64,000 bases of DNA from Promethearchaeota archaeon (GTDB lineage: Archaea; Asgardarchaeota; Lokiarchaeia; Sigyniarchaeales; SOKP01): positions 21,456 through 85,455 of the forward strand of contig JBHLOY010000009.1 of NCBI GenBank assembly GCA_048939995.1, given 5' to 3'. This document shows positions 44,972 to 55,347 of this stretch, one piece after another. The position numbers and the translations under genes were made by a program. Each line of letters opens with the position of its first letter. Within the stretch, counting starts at the first letter, position 1. The notes under the pieces were generated by a model. It saw only the letters and a program-made list of their open reading frames with translations. It did no database searches and had not been told where the DNA came from.

Positions 44972-46075
44972 ATGAATGAAACTGAATCAGATGTTTATCG
45001 TAATCTTCAAAAGCATCTTGATAAAATGCCAGTAGGTTTTCCCGCAACAGATTCTGGTGTAGAGATTCGAATTTTAAAGCATTTATTTACTCCAGAACAA
45101 GCAAAATTAGTATTATATTTAGATTTTCAACCAAAACCCTTAAATAAAATATTTAGAAAAGTAAAGAAAACAGCCCTTACGTTAATAGAACTTGAAAATA
45201 AATTGGATGAGATGTATAAGAAGGGGATTATTAACTTTGGTGAAGTCAATGGGGAAAAATTCTATGCTACTGCAGCTTTAGCAATAGGTATGTATGAATA
45301 TCAATTGAATTCCCTCACAGAAGACTTTGTGAAGGACATCTATCAATATTTTGAAGAAGCTTTTATAAACGAATATAATAGTAGCGGAATCCCTCAACTA
45401 CGTACAATTCCCATTGAGCAAAGCATCGCTCATGAGCAAACAATCTCAACCTATGATGATCTTAGATCAGTTATAGAAAATATTGGAGAACCCATAGGAG
45501 TAGCTGAATGCATTTGCAGGAAAGCTAAGGATCTTATCGAGGATCCATGTAAGAAAACCGATTTAAGAGAAATTTGCTTTAGCTTTAGAACTGCTGCAAA
45601 ATACTATATGAGCCGTGGTTTTGCAAAAGAAATTTCAAAAGAAGAAGCTTTGAATCTTTTAGAAAAAGCTGAAGAGGATGGATTAGTATTACAACCCGGA
45701 AATTCAATGAGACCAATGTGCATTTGTTGTTGTTGTGGGTGTTGTTGTGAGTTGCTTGTTAGTCAAAATAGACTTGCTGAACCAGCACAATTTTTTGCAT
45801 CCAACTACTATGCCAAAGTTGATGAGGAGTTATGTATAGGATGCGCTACATGCGAAGAAAGGTGTAATATTGGAGCTGTTCATATTGAGGATGCTATAGC
45901 TCGTGTAGATATAAAACGATGTATTGGTTGTGGAGTTTGTGTACCAACATGTAATTCTGAAGCAATTAAACTCTATATGAAAGATAAAGAAATTATTCCA
46001 CCAGAAAATACTGCTTCTACCTATAAAGCAATTATGGATAAAAAAGCTGAGTTAGCAAGATTAGAAAAAACTTAA
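44972..46075 (+). CDS. 4Fe-4S dicluster protein with an unusual poly-Cys segment
   Basis: C-terminal 'CIGCATCEERC' and 'CIGCGVCVPTC', an upstream 'ECICRKAKD' and 'PMCICCCCGCCCE', and an N-terminal 'MPVGFPATDSGVEIRILKHLFTPEQAKL'. The ORF track begins at the TTG at 44960. Confidence 0.7.
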   Translation: MNETESDVYRNLQKHLDKMPVGFPATDSGVEIRILKHLFTPEQAKLVLYLDFQPKPLNKIFRKVKKTALTLIELENKLDEMYKKGIINFGEVNGEKFYATAALAIGMYEYQLNSLTEDFVKDIYQYFEEAFINEYNSSGIPQLRTIPIEQSIAHEQTISTYDDLRSVIENIGEPIGVAECICRKAKDLIEDPCKKTDLREICFSFRTAAKYYMSRGFAKEISKEEALNLLEKAEEDGLVLQPGNSMRPMCICCCCGCCCELLVSQNRLAEPAQFFASNYYAKVDEELCIGCATCEERCNIGAVHIEDAIARVDIKRCIGCGVCVPTCNSEAIKLYMKDKEIIPPENTASTYKAIMDKKAELARLEKT

Positions 46076-46171
46076 AATTTTCTATAATTTTCAATAGTTT
46101 TAAATTAGACTATCTATTAAATTTGATAACTAAAATTAAAAAAAAATTAACAACTAGAGAGAAAATTAAAC

Positions 46172-46762
46172 ATGAGTGATGAAGTTAGTGAAGAATCAGT
46201 TTGGACAGGAATGATAAGGAAATATTGGTATGCAATAATACTCTATGGTATTGCTATTATCGGTGCTATTATAGGAGTTATCTTAGTATTTCTGACATTT
46301 ATTGCAGCCCCAGATATAGCTGGAGGAGGAACTTGGACTTTTGCACAATTTTCTGTAGGCGCTTTGATACTATGGTTTATATTTTTATTCTTGTGGGAAT
46401 TACTATTGGTAGGGCTCCCTGTTATTGGGTATCTTGCCATAGTAACAGTGATCTTTTGGTTTGTAGTTTTATCTGAAGAAGATAAAGCTATAATTAAAAG
46501 TAGGGAGAAAAAAGAGAGAAAAGTTAAAAAGACTAGTGGTGGTAGCGGAGCTGCTGGATTTCTATTCTTTATCGCATTCATTTTAGTTCTTGTAATTGAT
46601 GGCAATTTGTTTGCTGCATTTGATACATTACCTTATACATATTTTCTATTTGCTTATCTTGTAGGTGTTATGTGGACCGTTATCGTTCTGGGTATTCCTG
46701 TATTGATTATCGTTATAATTTATTATGGATATAAAGAATCAAAAAAACAAAAATCAGAATAA
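46172..46762 (+). CDS. Membrane protein, unknown function
   Basis: Six hydrophobic helices with a central basic loop (KSREKKERKVKKTSGGSG). Confidence 0.55.
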   Translation: MSDEVSEESVWTGMIRKYWYAIILYGIAIIGAIIGVILVFLTFIAAPDIAGGGTWTFAQFSVGALILWFIFLFLWELLLVGLPVIGYLAIVTVIFWFVVLSEEDKAIIKSREKKERKVKKTSGGSGAAGFLFFIAFILVLVIDGNLFAAFDTLPYTYFLFAYLVGVMWTVIVLGIPVLIIVIIYYGYKESKKQKSE

Positions 46763-46766
46763 TAGA

Positions 46767-46783
46767 TTTTCTTTTTTTTTTTT
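46767..46783 (+). terminator. Oligo-T archaeal-type terminator
   Basis: TTTTC followed by a 12-T run, starting 5 nt after the stop at 46762. Confidence 0.4.
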
Positions 46784-46792
46784 ATTATAAAA

Positions 46793-49123
46793 TTATATTT
46801 TAATTGAAGGATCAAACACCTTTTTCTCAATTAGGTTCAAAATTACTTCTGCTTCTTTAGCTTGAAATCCTCCTTTTTGTGAGATTAGGTTAGATACAAA
46901 AAAATAATTCACTCCTTTTTGTTTCATAATAATCTTTGCTAATTCAATAAACTCTTTCTCATTAGAGGTTAATTTTATGGTTGATGCATCATTAATCTGA
47001 AGGGGGTAAATCAAGCTGACAGGTAGATGGTGTTCAATAAGATCTGTTATACCAGTGAATTTACTTACTTCTCCATCAAATCGTTCTAAATCTTTCCCAT
47101 AATTTTGGTCAATATCATAAGATAACTGCTTTATTGACTCAAGGAAGTCTTCAGAAGGGCTCTCCTTCATTATAAGAGTTATTCTAAAATTCTTGAATTC
47201 AGACATCAATATTTTAGAATCCTGATATTCGAGCTTAACGGTTTGGGATTGTTGATTTGAACCTGTGAGATCCAGGCCAAAACTTCTAATTGCTTCTAAG
47301 AATCCAGAAATTAAAGAGGCATCTATACTCTTACTTGCAAAAATTTTATCATAAATATTAATTCCAGAATTTTTTTCGATAATTAATAAATAATCCAAAT
47401 TCAAAATATCCATATATTTGTTAAAAATACTTTGTCGATATGTTGCTCTTTCTTTTTTAACTTTCTTGACTACTTTAAATGATGTGAATGCACTTACCGC
47501 GACTATAGAACCAACAATTGCAGTTATTATAAGGATGAGAGGCAAAATATCTATATTGACCAAAAATGTTTCCGATTTAATTCCAGCGGCGGTTATTGTA
47601 TTCCAAAAAACATAAGCAACGTATGCTCCTTCATTTGGATTAGCTGATAAAGTGTAATTATATACAGTTTCAGTTAGTGTTACAGGGACTCGCTTTCTAT
47701 CTATCTCATATCCTAATGAATCTCTTAAAATGAATGTATAGTTGCCCTCTAAAAGAGGAGCAATTACAGAATACTTTAATTCTTGTGATTGCTCGAAATT
47801 TTTTTTAGGTGTATTTAGAGTTAATGCAACGTTTGGAGAATTAGCTCTTATTTCCCAATCAGCACCATCAATAATGGTATTATTGGGAATAATTATTACT
47901 TTTCCAATAGGATCAATATTAACTTGGGAAGAGATGTTTATCCCATCTCGAAATACTGCTGGGTTAAACCAATTGGAGGGATAATCAAACTTCACTGAAT
48001 GATTTATATATAATCTTGAAATAATAGGAGTAAGTGTCCAGTTATTATCTTGACTTTCTTGCATCGTTACATATCCACTGGAGAAAAATAAATTTTTAAG
48101 ATTTAGGTGGTAAGTTAAATTAAACAATAATTCTACTGAGTTGTTATTCCAGATTTCAATATTTAGGGCATCATCGCCAGGACTATAATCTACTCCTTTG
48201 ATTGTGAGATTACCCGTTCCGATTTCGGGTCCATTTGTTATTTTATAAATACCACCATTTAATTCTGCAGTCATATTTATACTCTCGGGGAAATAGGTTT
48301 TGCTTGTTCTTTGAAGAACTTTATATAAGAATGGTGAGCCTTGTTTTCCTCTTGTCCAGTGCCAAACTGTAAGCTCACGTACATAAAAAGAGATATGAAG
48401 GTTTGGATGGTTTGGATTTGCATCATTGTAAAACCAATATATTGTTGAACCTTCAATCGCTATAAACTGAGTGACATTTAAGAGTAAATAATATTGTCCT
48501 ATTGAAAGATCAACAGGATTTTGAAACTTTTGGTAATGCCACCCCAAACTATTCGTCATATTTAATTTTGTTGAGCCATAAATAATATTATTTGGTGAAT
48601 CTGGTAATAATCCCCCGGAATTATATCCATTTATTTGTACATTCGTTATATCTACGATTGCTGGAGAGGTAGCAACCCCATAAATATAAACTCCAAAAAT
48701 TTTAGTTGGCTCAGTAATATTTATTTGAACGCCCATTCCACGCACATCTTTCCCGAGAGTATGAAATCCAACAGTAGTATTATCTTCTATAGTAATGATC
48801 TCACGTTCAAGTTTTATATCAGTAAAATTAAGATTAATTTGAGTAACATTCCAAGTTGATGAGGGTAATGGGATTTTTATGGAACTATTACTCTCTTGTG
48901 TATCAATATTATCTGCTAACTCAATCATATGAAGATGTGTTGGAGTTGTTAGTGTAATTCCATTATATTGAGCTAAGGATATTTTAGAATTGAATAAAAA
49001 GCTAAAAAGAAACATTGAAATCATTCCATAAATAAATAAAACTCTAAATTTTTTACTTTTCACCATAATTTCCCCATACCTCATTATAGAAATAATTTTA
49101 ACTGCATTTCTAATCTTAATCAA
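46793..49123 (-). CDS. Receptor-like single-pass membrane protein, paralog 2
   Basis: Colinear with 19985..22258 over its full length, including the tail motifs 'DILNLDYLLI', 'LISGFLEAIRSFG' and 'IYPLQI'. The probable start is the ATG at 49066 (MVKSKKFRVLFIYGM... signal peptide ending ...SLAQ). Confidence 0.8.
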   Translation of the reverse strand: MIKIRNAVKIISIMRYGEIMVKSKKFRVLFIYGMISMFLFSFLFNSKISLAQYNGITLTTPTHLHMIELADNIDTQESNSSIKIPLPSSTWNVTQINLNFTDIKLEREIITIEDNTTVGFHTLGKDVRGMGVQINITEPTKIFGVYIYGVATSPAIVDITNVQINGYNSGGLLPDSPNNIIYGSTKLNMTNSLGWHYQKFQNPVDLSIGQYYLLLNVTQFIAIEGSTIYWFYNDANPNHPNLHISFYVRELTVWHWTRGKQGSPFLYKVLQRTSKTYFPESINMTAELNGGIYKITNGPEIGTGNLTIKGVDYSPGDDALNIEIWNNNSVELLFNLTYHLNLKNLFFSSGYVTMQESQDNNWTLTPIISRLYINHSVKFDYPSNWFNPAVFRDGINISSQVNIDPIGKVIIIPNNTIIDGADWEIRANSPNVALTLNTPKKNFEQSQELKYSVIAPLLEGNYTFILRDSLGYEIDRKRVPVTLTETVYNYTLSANPNEGAYVAYVFWNTITAAGIKSETFLVNIDILPLILIITAIVGSIVAVSAFTSFKVVKKVKKERATYRQSIFNKYMDILNLDYLLIIEKNSGINIYDKIFASKSIDASLISGFLEAIRSFGLDLTGSNQQSQTVKLEYQDSKILMSEFKNFRITLIMKESPSEDFLESIKQLSYDIDQNYGKDLERFDGEVSKFTGITDLIEHHLPVSLIYPLQINDASTIKLTSNEKEFIELAKIIMKQKGVNYFFVSNLISQKGGFQAKEAEVILNLIEKKVFDPSIKI

Positions 49124-49253
49124 AATATTTAAATTTAAGAGTATAATTTTCCCCAGAATTATTATATTAAAACATTTTTAGGGGATTTTGTCTATTGACT
49201 ATAATTAATCTTTTTATAATTAAACGGCAAAGATATTATTATTTAATATACAG

Positions 49254-50555
49254 GTGAATAAAGTGGTAAGGATAACGACTAAAGGTATGAGCGATTGGTT
49301 TGGACTTTTTGGTTCATCTACTTTTGGAGATGGTCTATGCCATTTTATAGGATGTATGGCTAATATGTGCGTTTTTGATACTAGCGAAGGGCTAGTTATA
49401 TTTGACTTGCCAATGAAACAATTTAGTTATAAAATATTTAAAGCAATCAGAGAAAGAACCAAAAAACCAGTAAAATATTTCATATATTCTCATGGTCATT
49501 TTGATCATGCATTTGCATTCGCACCTTTCATCGAAGAAGTAGGAAAAAAGGGTTGGATAATGCCTGAAGTTATAGCACATGAAAATTGTATTAAAAGATT
49601 CGAAAAATATAGGATGCTTAGTGAATATCACGTGTGGATTAATAAAATGCAATTTGCTTCACTAGGGATATTGAAGCATAAAAATTTAGTTTCTGCTTTA
49701 GAAACTCTTGATCCAACAATCATTTTAAAAGGAAATGATGCAAAATACAATTTTGAATTAGGAAGTATTCAATTTGATCTAAATCATGATAAAGGTGAAA
49801 CAGATGACTCAATCTGGTTATGGGTACCTGAGAAAGAAACGATTTGTGCGGGGGATTTATTCGTATCATCATTTCCTAATATAGGTAATCCTTTTAAGGT
49901 TCAGCGTTATCCTAAAGATTGGGCAATTGCTTTGGATAAAATGCTTGAAAAAGAGGCAAAGTATCTAGTTCCAGGACATGGTCCTCTTATAAAAGGGAAA
50001 GAAAAGGTTAAGGAGGCTCTATTAATAACTTCTGAGGCTTTGCATTTTGTGCATGATGAGGTTGTTAAGCGGCTTAATGCGGGGAAATGGTTTGAGCAAA
50101 TCTACTATGAGATGCTAGAAATATTCCCTAAAAAATTCAAAAACCATCCATTATTGCGGGAGATGTATGGATGTTATCGATTTGCAATTCACGCATCCTA
50201 CAGACTCTATCATGGCTGGTATAACAGTGGTAATCCTACAGAATTATTTCCTTCAAAGGCAACAGATATTGCACAAGAATTTTTAAAGCTCAATAGTGAA
50301 GAATCATACTTGAATCATGCAAAGAAGTTATTTGAGGAAGGTAAACTACAATTAGCATTGCATATTCTCGATGTCGTAATAAATGGAATCAATGAAAAGA
50401 AGGGCAGTATCTATTTAAAGGCTTTACAATTAAAATATGACATTCTAAAAATTAAAGTGGAGGAAGAGTCGTCTTTTATTGCTGCTAATATTCTTGATAA
50501 TGCGAGATATAATATAAAAGATAAGATTAAAACCATACAAAAACAATTAAAATAG
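49254..50555 (+). CDS. MBL-fold alkyl/aryl-sulfatase (SdsA1/BDS1-like) lacking the SCP2 domain
   Basis: 'YSHGHFDHAF', 'GETDDSIWLWVPEKETICAGDLF' and 'PGHGP', then the alkylsulfatase dimerisation-domain pattern 'YHGWYNSGNPTELFPSKATDIAQEFLKL'. No signal peptide. The start is uncertain (GTG at 49254, GTG at 49263 or ATG at 49287). Confidence 0.7.
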   Translation: MNKVVRITTKGMSDWFGLFGSSTFGDGLCHFIGCMANMCVFDTSEGLVIFDLPMKQFSYKIFKAIRERTKKPVKYFIYSHGHFDHAFAFAPFIEEVGKKGWIMPEVIAHENCIKRFEKYRMLSEYHVWINKMQFASLGILKHKNLVSALETLDPTIILKGNDAKYNFELGSIQFDLNHDKGETDDSIWLWVPEKETICAGDLFVSSFPNIGNPFKVQRYPKDWAIALDKMLEKEAKYLVPGHGPLIKGKEKVKEALLITSEALHFVHDEVVKRLNAGKWFEQIYYEMLEIFPKKFKNHPLLREMYGCYRFAIHASYRLYHGWYNSGNPTELFPSKATDIAQEFLKLNSEESYLNHAKKLFEEGKLQLALHILDVVINGINEKKGSIYLKALQLKYDILKIKVEEESSFIAANILDNARYNIKDKIKTIQKQLK

Positions 50556-50563
50556 AATTTTTC

Positions 50564-52813
50564 TTATCGTTGAGGCACAAAAACGCCTTTTTTAATAAGA
50601 TTAAGTACGGTTTGGGCATCCTTTGGTGAACATTCATTTTCAGGTAGCAGATAAAGCGCATAAATATGGTCTAATCCATAATCTTCCATTAATTTCTTCG
50701 CTTTTTCAACCATCTCCCTTTCAGCAGAATTTAATCTTACATTATCAGGCATTTCTATTTTTAACGGATAGATGAACGAAACATTTAGATGTTCTTCAAC
50801 CAATTCTTTGATTCCTTTAAAGTCTTTTACATTTCCATGAAATTCATCAATCATTTTTCCATAATTTTTATACACATCATATGCTAAGGATTCAACAGCA
50901 TAATGGAAATCTACTGAAGGTTCAGCTTTCATGTTTAGGATGATTCTTACATTTACAAATTCTGTCATTAATAAGATAGAATTTTTATATTGTATTTTTA
51001 CTGTTTTGTCTTTATCCTTGGCTACTTCTGAACCAAACGCACGAACGGCTTGTAGAAAACCAGATATTAATGTGGAATCCCCTTTTTGTTCTCCAAATGA
51101 TTGAGAATAAATGTCTATTCCAGATCTAATATCAGTCACTATTAAATAGTTTAGGTTGAGGATATCTACACATTTTTCTAGCAATCTTTGCATCTCATAT
51201 CTACGATTTTTTGATACTCTCTTATAAGCTATAAAGCTTAAGATTGCAGCAATAGGTGCAATTGTAACAACCGTAATAATTATAAAGAAAATACCCATAT
51301 CTGGGGGAGGTGATTTAGGGATAGAAATAATAAACTCTTGAACTATAACACCCGCATCGGTCTGATTGTTCCAGAATACGTATGCAATATAGGTTCCGTC
51401 TGGTGAACTCAATGGAAGTGTATAGGAAAATAGAATAGTATCAGGAGGTATAGTTTTGCTGATATTAAATTCTTCAATATCTGCAGAGTTTATTAAAATA
51501 TACGTATAGGTTCCTTCTAATGTAGGTGTTGCTAGCGAAAATTGAACTTCTTGTCCTAAATAATAATCTGTTTTTGGAGCATTCAATCCAATTGAAAAAC
51601 TAGGAGATTCCGCCATTATCTCCCAATTAGCGTTTTCGATAAGAGTATTATTTGGGATAAATATATAATTTTCATTAATTGTTATATTGAATTCCATATT
51701 TTGCCCATCTCTAAAAACGCTTATATTTTCCCATGTACGGGGAATTTTGAATTTAATGCTATAATTATCTGTATAACGAATAAATGTTCGGGAAAGAATC
51801 CATTCATTACTTTGAGATTCCTGTATACTTACTTCACCCAGAGTGATTAAACTTTCCTCAAAATATAAATGATAGGAAATATTGAAATCTAACGCTTTTG
51901 AAGCGTTATTATTAACAGCAAAAGAAAGAGTAGTAGTTAAAGGACGAAAATCTTGAAATGTTTGAGATAAAACCCCACTTCCCTCTTCTCCACCATTTAA
52001 CACTTGATATTCTTGATTATTTATATTAACGGACATATTGATACTTTCTGGAAAAAGAGGAGCTTTACTTTTCCGAATTATTTTGTAAAGAAATGTTTTA
52101 TTATCTACCCCGTCAGCCCAAATAACGCTATCCTCTAGAGTAGTCGCAGAGTACAATGATGGATCGCTAGGATTTGAATTATAATGCCAGTAATAATATT
52201 GACCATTAAGACTAAAATTAGTTCCATTTAGAACTAAAAAGTAATTTCCACTTGGTAAATTAAGAGGAGATGAAAAATTTTGTATATACCATCCCAAAGT
52301 TGTTGAGATATTGAGAGTCTGAGAAGTAAAAATGGTGCTATTTGGTGTGTTATTTGTATCATTATATCCTCGAATCTGCACTTGAATATTTTGAGTGGTA
52401 CCCGCGCTCTTGTTTCCATAGATAAACACTCCATAAATGGTTTCGGGATGATCTAATCTAATTTGAGTTGCTAAGCCTAAATTATTAAAAATTCCATTTG
52501 TAAAATAAACCCGTTCAAATCCCGTTGGTTGATCTTCTACGATTATTGTCTCCTTTTCAAAAGTAAGGTTCATAAAATCTAATTCAATGTTCGTAATATT
52601 CCATTCAGTAGTTGGTAATTCAATATTAATAGAATTGACAGTTGAATTTGATCCTTGAAGATCAGAATATTGAGACATTTTAAAACTAGTATTTAGATTT
52701 AAAATTAGATCATGCCCTTGAGCCTTAGTACTTCTTAAATTTATATTAAAACTAATGAAGAGAGCAGTAGATACTAAAATGAAAATTAATAGACTTTTTT
52801 TATTCAAACTCAA
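50564..52813 (-). CDS. Receptor-like single-pass membrane protein, paralog 3
   Basis: Colinear with the other three paralogs. Tail motifs 'DILNLNYLIV', 'LISGFLQAVRAFG', 'IYPLKI' and 'LNLIKKGVFVP'. TTG start. Confidence 0.8.
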   Translation of the reverse strand: MSLNKKSLLIFILVSTALFISFNINLRSTKAQGHDLILNLNTSFKMSQYSDLQGSNSTVNSINIELPTTEWNITNIELDFMNLTFEKETIIVEDQPTGFERVYFTNGIFNNLGLATQIRLDHPETIYGVFIYGNKSAGTTQNIQVQIRGYNDTNNTPNSTIFTSQTLNISTTLGWYIQNFSSPLNLPSGNYFLVLNGTNFSLNGQYYYWHYNSNPSDPSLYSATTLEDSVIWADGVDNKTFLYKIIRKSKAPLFPESINMSVNINNQEYQVLNGGEEGSGVLSQTFQDFRPLTTTLSFAVNNNASKALDFNISYHLYFEESLITLGEVSIQESQSNEWILSRTFIRYTDNYSIKFKIPRTWENISVFRDGQNMEFNITINENYIFIPNNTLIENANWEIMAESPSFSIGLNAPKTDYYLGQEVQFSLATPTLEGTYTYILINSADIEEFNISKTIPPDTILFSYTLPLSSPDGTYIAYVFWNNQTDAGVIVQEFIISIPKSPPPDMGIFFIIITVVTIAPIAAILSFIAYKRVSKNRRYEMQRLLEKCVDILNLNYLIVTDIRSGIDIYSQSFGEQKGDSTLISGFLQAVRAFGSEVAKDKDKTVKIQYKNSILLMTEFVNVRIILNMKAEPSVDFHYAVESLAYDVYKNYGKMIDEFHGNVKDFKGIKELVEEHLNVSFIYPLKIEMPDNVRLNSAEREMVEKAKKLMEDYGLDHIYALYLLPENECSPKDAQTVLNLIKKGVFVPQR

Positions 52814-52962
52814 CCCATTTTATTATAATTTATTATTTTAATCCTCTTCTACTATAAAAAAGTTTTTGTCTAATTTTTTATAACTGTTTGAAATTAATAA
52901 AAAATTAATTTCTTTTATAATTATATTTTTTTAAAAAAATTAAAGAGAAAATAAAAATAGAG

Positions 52963-54273
52963 TTAGGGTTTAAGGATAGCCCCTTTGCTTAGAGCAGTTA
53001 TGGTTTTATCTTTTGGTTCGGGGACGAAATTTAATACAATAAAAACACCGATAAATGCAACTAGGCTAAGAAGCATACCAGTACCGAGTGCCTGAAGAGA
53101 AACAAATGGGTTGCTAAAAGGATCTGCACTAAAAGGGTTAAGTGCATCCGAAATAACTCCCACTATAAATCCTCCCAAGCCAGCTCCACGTGCTATAGAA
53201 AATATTATTGAGTTTGCAGAAGCTCTAACTTCAGTATCATATAATTCAGAAGACCAAACACCAAAGATACCATGAAGACCAAAACCGAGTGTAATAAAAA
53301 CAGAGGATAAGAGGATCAGATTATCACTAAACAACATTTTAGTAAATATAGCAAATAATACCCCTCCAATTATTCCAATGATGTTATCGATTAGAAAAGC
53401 TTTTTTTCTACCCAGATAATCACTTAAAAACCCAAAGAAAAATAAACCGAATGCAGCTATTACCATAAGAACTAACATAAAAAGTCTTGAGATACTTTCA
53501 TAATTAGTTACTCCCGCGTTGGCAAATAAGTACTGAAAGAAAGTTGGTGCAAAGTCTACTAAGGAATGATAGGCAATTTCAGCGAACCAGAACAAAAAAA
53601 TAAGTAATACAGTTAACTTCCGCCATTTCCTACTGAAAATTTCTTTTAAACGTATTTTTTGTTTAATCTGTTTCTCCTTGCGGAGTTGTTCATATTCAGT
53701 CCAAATAGCAGATTCTGGTAAGGTGAACCAAAAGAGTATAATAAAAGGTATAGGAAAGAGGGCAGTAAGGAAACAGAACTGCCACGGACGGATCAGCAAT
53801 GTTGTTATTATTGCACCGATATATCCTAATACAAATGTAGAGTGAACTAAACCACCTGCAGCACCTCTTCTTTTAGGAGAAAAATGTTCGGATATTAACG
53901 AGAAAGAAATTCCCCAACTGACTCCCAAACCAGAAATCATTCTCATAATTGCGAATAGTACAAACATATTAGAAGGTACTAGCGAAGTCAAAGAGGAAAA
54001 AATCGCATCCCATGCTATAGAGATGATTAATGCATTTTTCCTCCCAAAACGATCTCCTAATTCACCGAAAAGAATGGCACCGGGAACAGTAAATACGAAT
54101 TGAAATGAAAAAACAAGACCTATCTGCCAATCACCGACTCCAAAGAATGTTTTTAGTTCGGGAGCTAGTAAAGTTACCATAACTAATGAATATCCATCAT
54201 GCATCCATGCAATAAATGCAGCCAACAGAATTATTAAAGTTGTAAATTTTGAATATTTTTTAAGTTCAGTCAA
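52963..54273 (-). CDS. MFS transporter
   Basis: MFS motif A 'GELGDRFGRKNALIISI', 12 TM helices and a central cytoplasmic loop. Confidence 0.85.
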   Translation of the reverse strand: MTELKKYSKFTTLIILLAAFIAWMHDGYSLVMVTLLAPELKTFFGVGDWQIGLVFSFQFVFTVPGAILFGELGDRFGRKNALIISIAWDAIFSSLTSLVPSNMFVLFAIMRMISGLGVSWGISFSLISEHFSPKRRGAAGGLVHSTFVLGYIGAIITTLLIRPWQFCFLTALFPIPFIILFWFTLPESAIWTEYEQLRKEKQIKQKIRLKEIFSRKWRKLTVLLIFLFWFAEIAYHSLVDFAPTFFQYLFANAGVTNYESISRLFMLVLMVIAAFGLFFFGFLSDYLGRKKAFLIDNIIGIIGGVLFAIFTKMLFSDNLILLSSVFITLGFGLHGIFGVWSSELYDTEVRASANSIIFSIARGAGLGGFIVGVISDALNPFSADPFSNPFVSLQALGTGMLLSLVAFIGVFIVLNFVPEPKDKTITALSKGAILKP

Positions 54274-54359
54274 ATTTTTTCACTTTTTAATAGAAATTAG
54301 TGAATAGGTAAATATTGTCTTAAGAAATATTTAAGATTATAAGAAAGTGCAAGAAGGTT

Positions 54360-55283
54360 TTATTGAGATATAAGGTAAAAAACGAAAGCGATACATCCTA
54401 AACTTGCCATAACAATACCCATAGCCCTACCCATTTTTTTTGCTGATAAACTTTGAATATAGGTTGAGGTAAGAATGCCAGTAATAGCAGAGCCAATTGC
54501 TAAGAAAAGGGAAATTTCAAAATTTATGTAAAATGTTCCTCTAAATGAAACTCCAAGAATTTGATATAAGGTAAAGGTAATTAGGCTAACAATGATACTT
54601 AATATAAGAGCAGTTCCAATACTCTTTTTAATTGGATAACCATAAAGAATTATTAAAGCTAAAACAATTATCAATCCTGAGTTTGCTCCAAATAAGCCTG
54701 AATTTATTCCGAGGAGAAGACCAAAAACTATAGCGACTATAAAATATAATCTAGATCCTGAAGGGATTACTTCTTCTATTTCAATTGTTTTTGCATTTGT
54801 TTTATTTTTTTGAGAGAGAATATCAATTTGTTCTTCAATTTCAACCTTTAAAAATCTCTTATATATGTTTCTAACCATCTTCTTTAACCGTTCGGTTGTC
54901 GTATATCCACTCTTAATAAAAATTAATCCCAAAAAAATAATGAATAGAGGTATGAACCAACCATAAATATTACCTATTGGAGTTAGCATCAATATAAATA
55001 CCCCGATAAAAGTAAAAACAAGAGCAATTAATATTAATATGAAAATATTTTTTTGAAATTTATATTCCCTTTTTCTTATATACCCAACACTTACTGCAAA
55101 GGCAGTTATTAAATCGTTTAATAAGTTAATTGCAATTGTTAAAAACACATCTCCAGTTAACATAAGGACTATTGGCATGACAAGCCCTTGTCCAGTTTGG
55201 CCAATAAAACACATACCAATACCAACAAGAGCCCCAATTATCAATAAGATAAATATCTGATATATTTCTAAAGCCATCGTCAA
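54360..55283 (-). CDS. TSUP (TauE/SafE-like) family permease
   Basis: Two 4-TM halves split by a charged loop, with Gly-rich helix starts (GALVGIGMCFIGQTGQGLVMP; LLGINSGLFGANSG). Confidence 0.6.
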   Translation of the reverse strand: MTMALEIYQIFILLIIGALVGIGMCFIGQTGQGLVMPIVLMLTGDVFLTIAINLLNDLITAFAVSVGYIRKREYKFQKNIFILILIALVFTFIGVFILMLTPIGNIYGWFIPLFIIFLGLIFIKSGYTTTERLKKMVRNIYKRFLKVEIEEQIDILSQKNKTNAKTIEIEEVIPSGSRLYFIVAIVFGLLLGINSGLFGANSGLIIVLALIILYGYPIKKSIGTALILSIIVSLITFTLYQILGVSFRGTFYINFEISLFLAIGSAITGILTSTYIQSLSAKKMGRAMGIVMASLGCIAFVFYLISQ

Positions 55284-55347
55284 TTATTCCAGATTAATTA
55301 ATATAAATTATTATACTATTACTGAATTGAAAATTTCTTTTCTTTAT

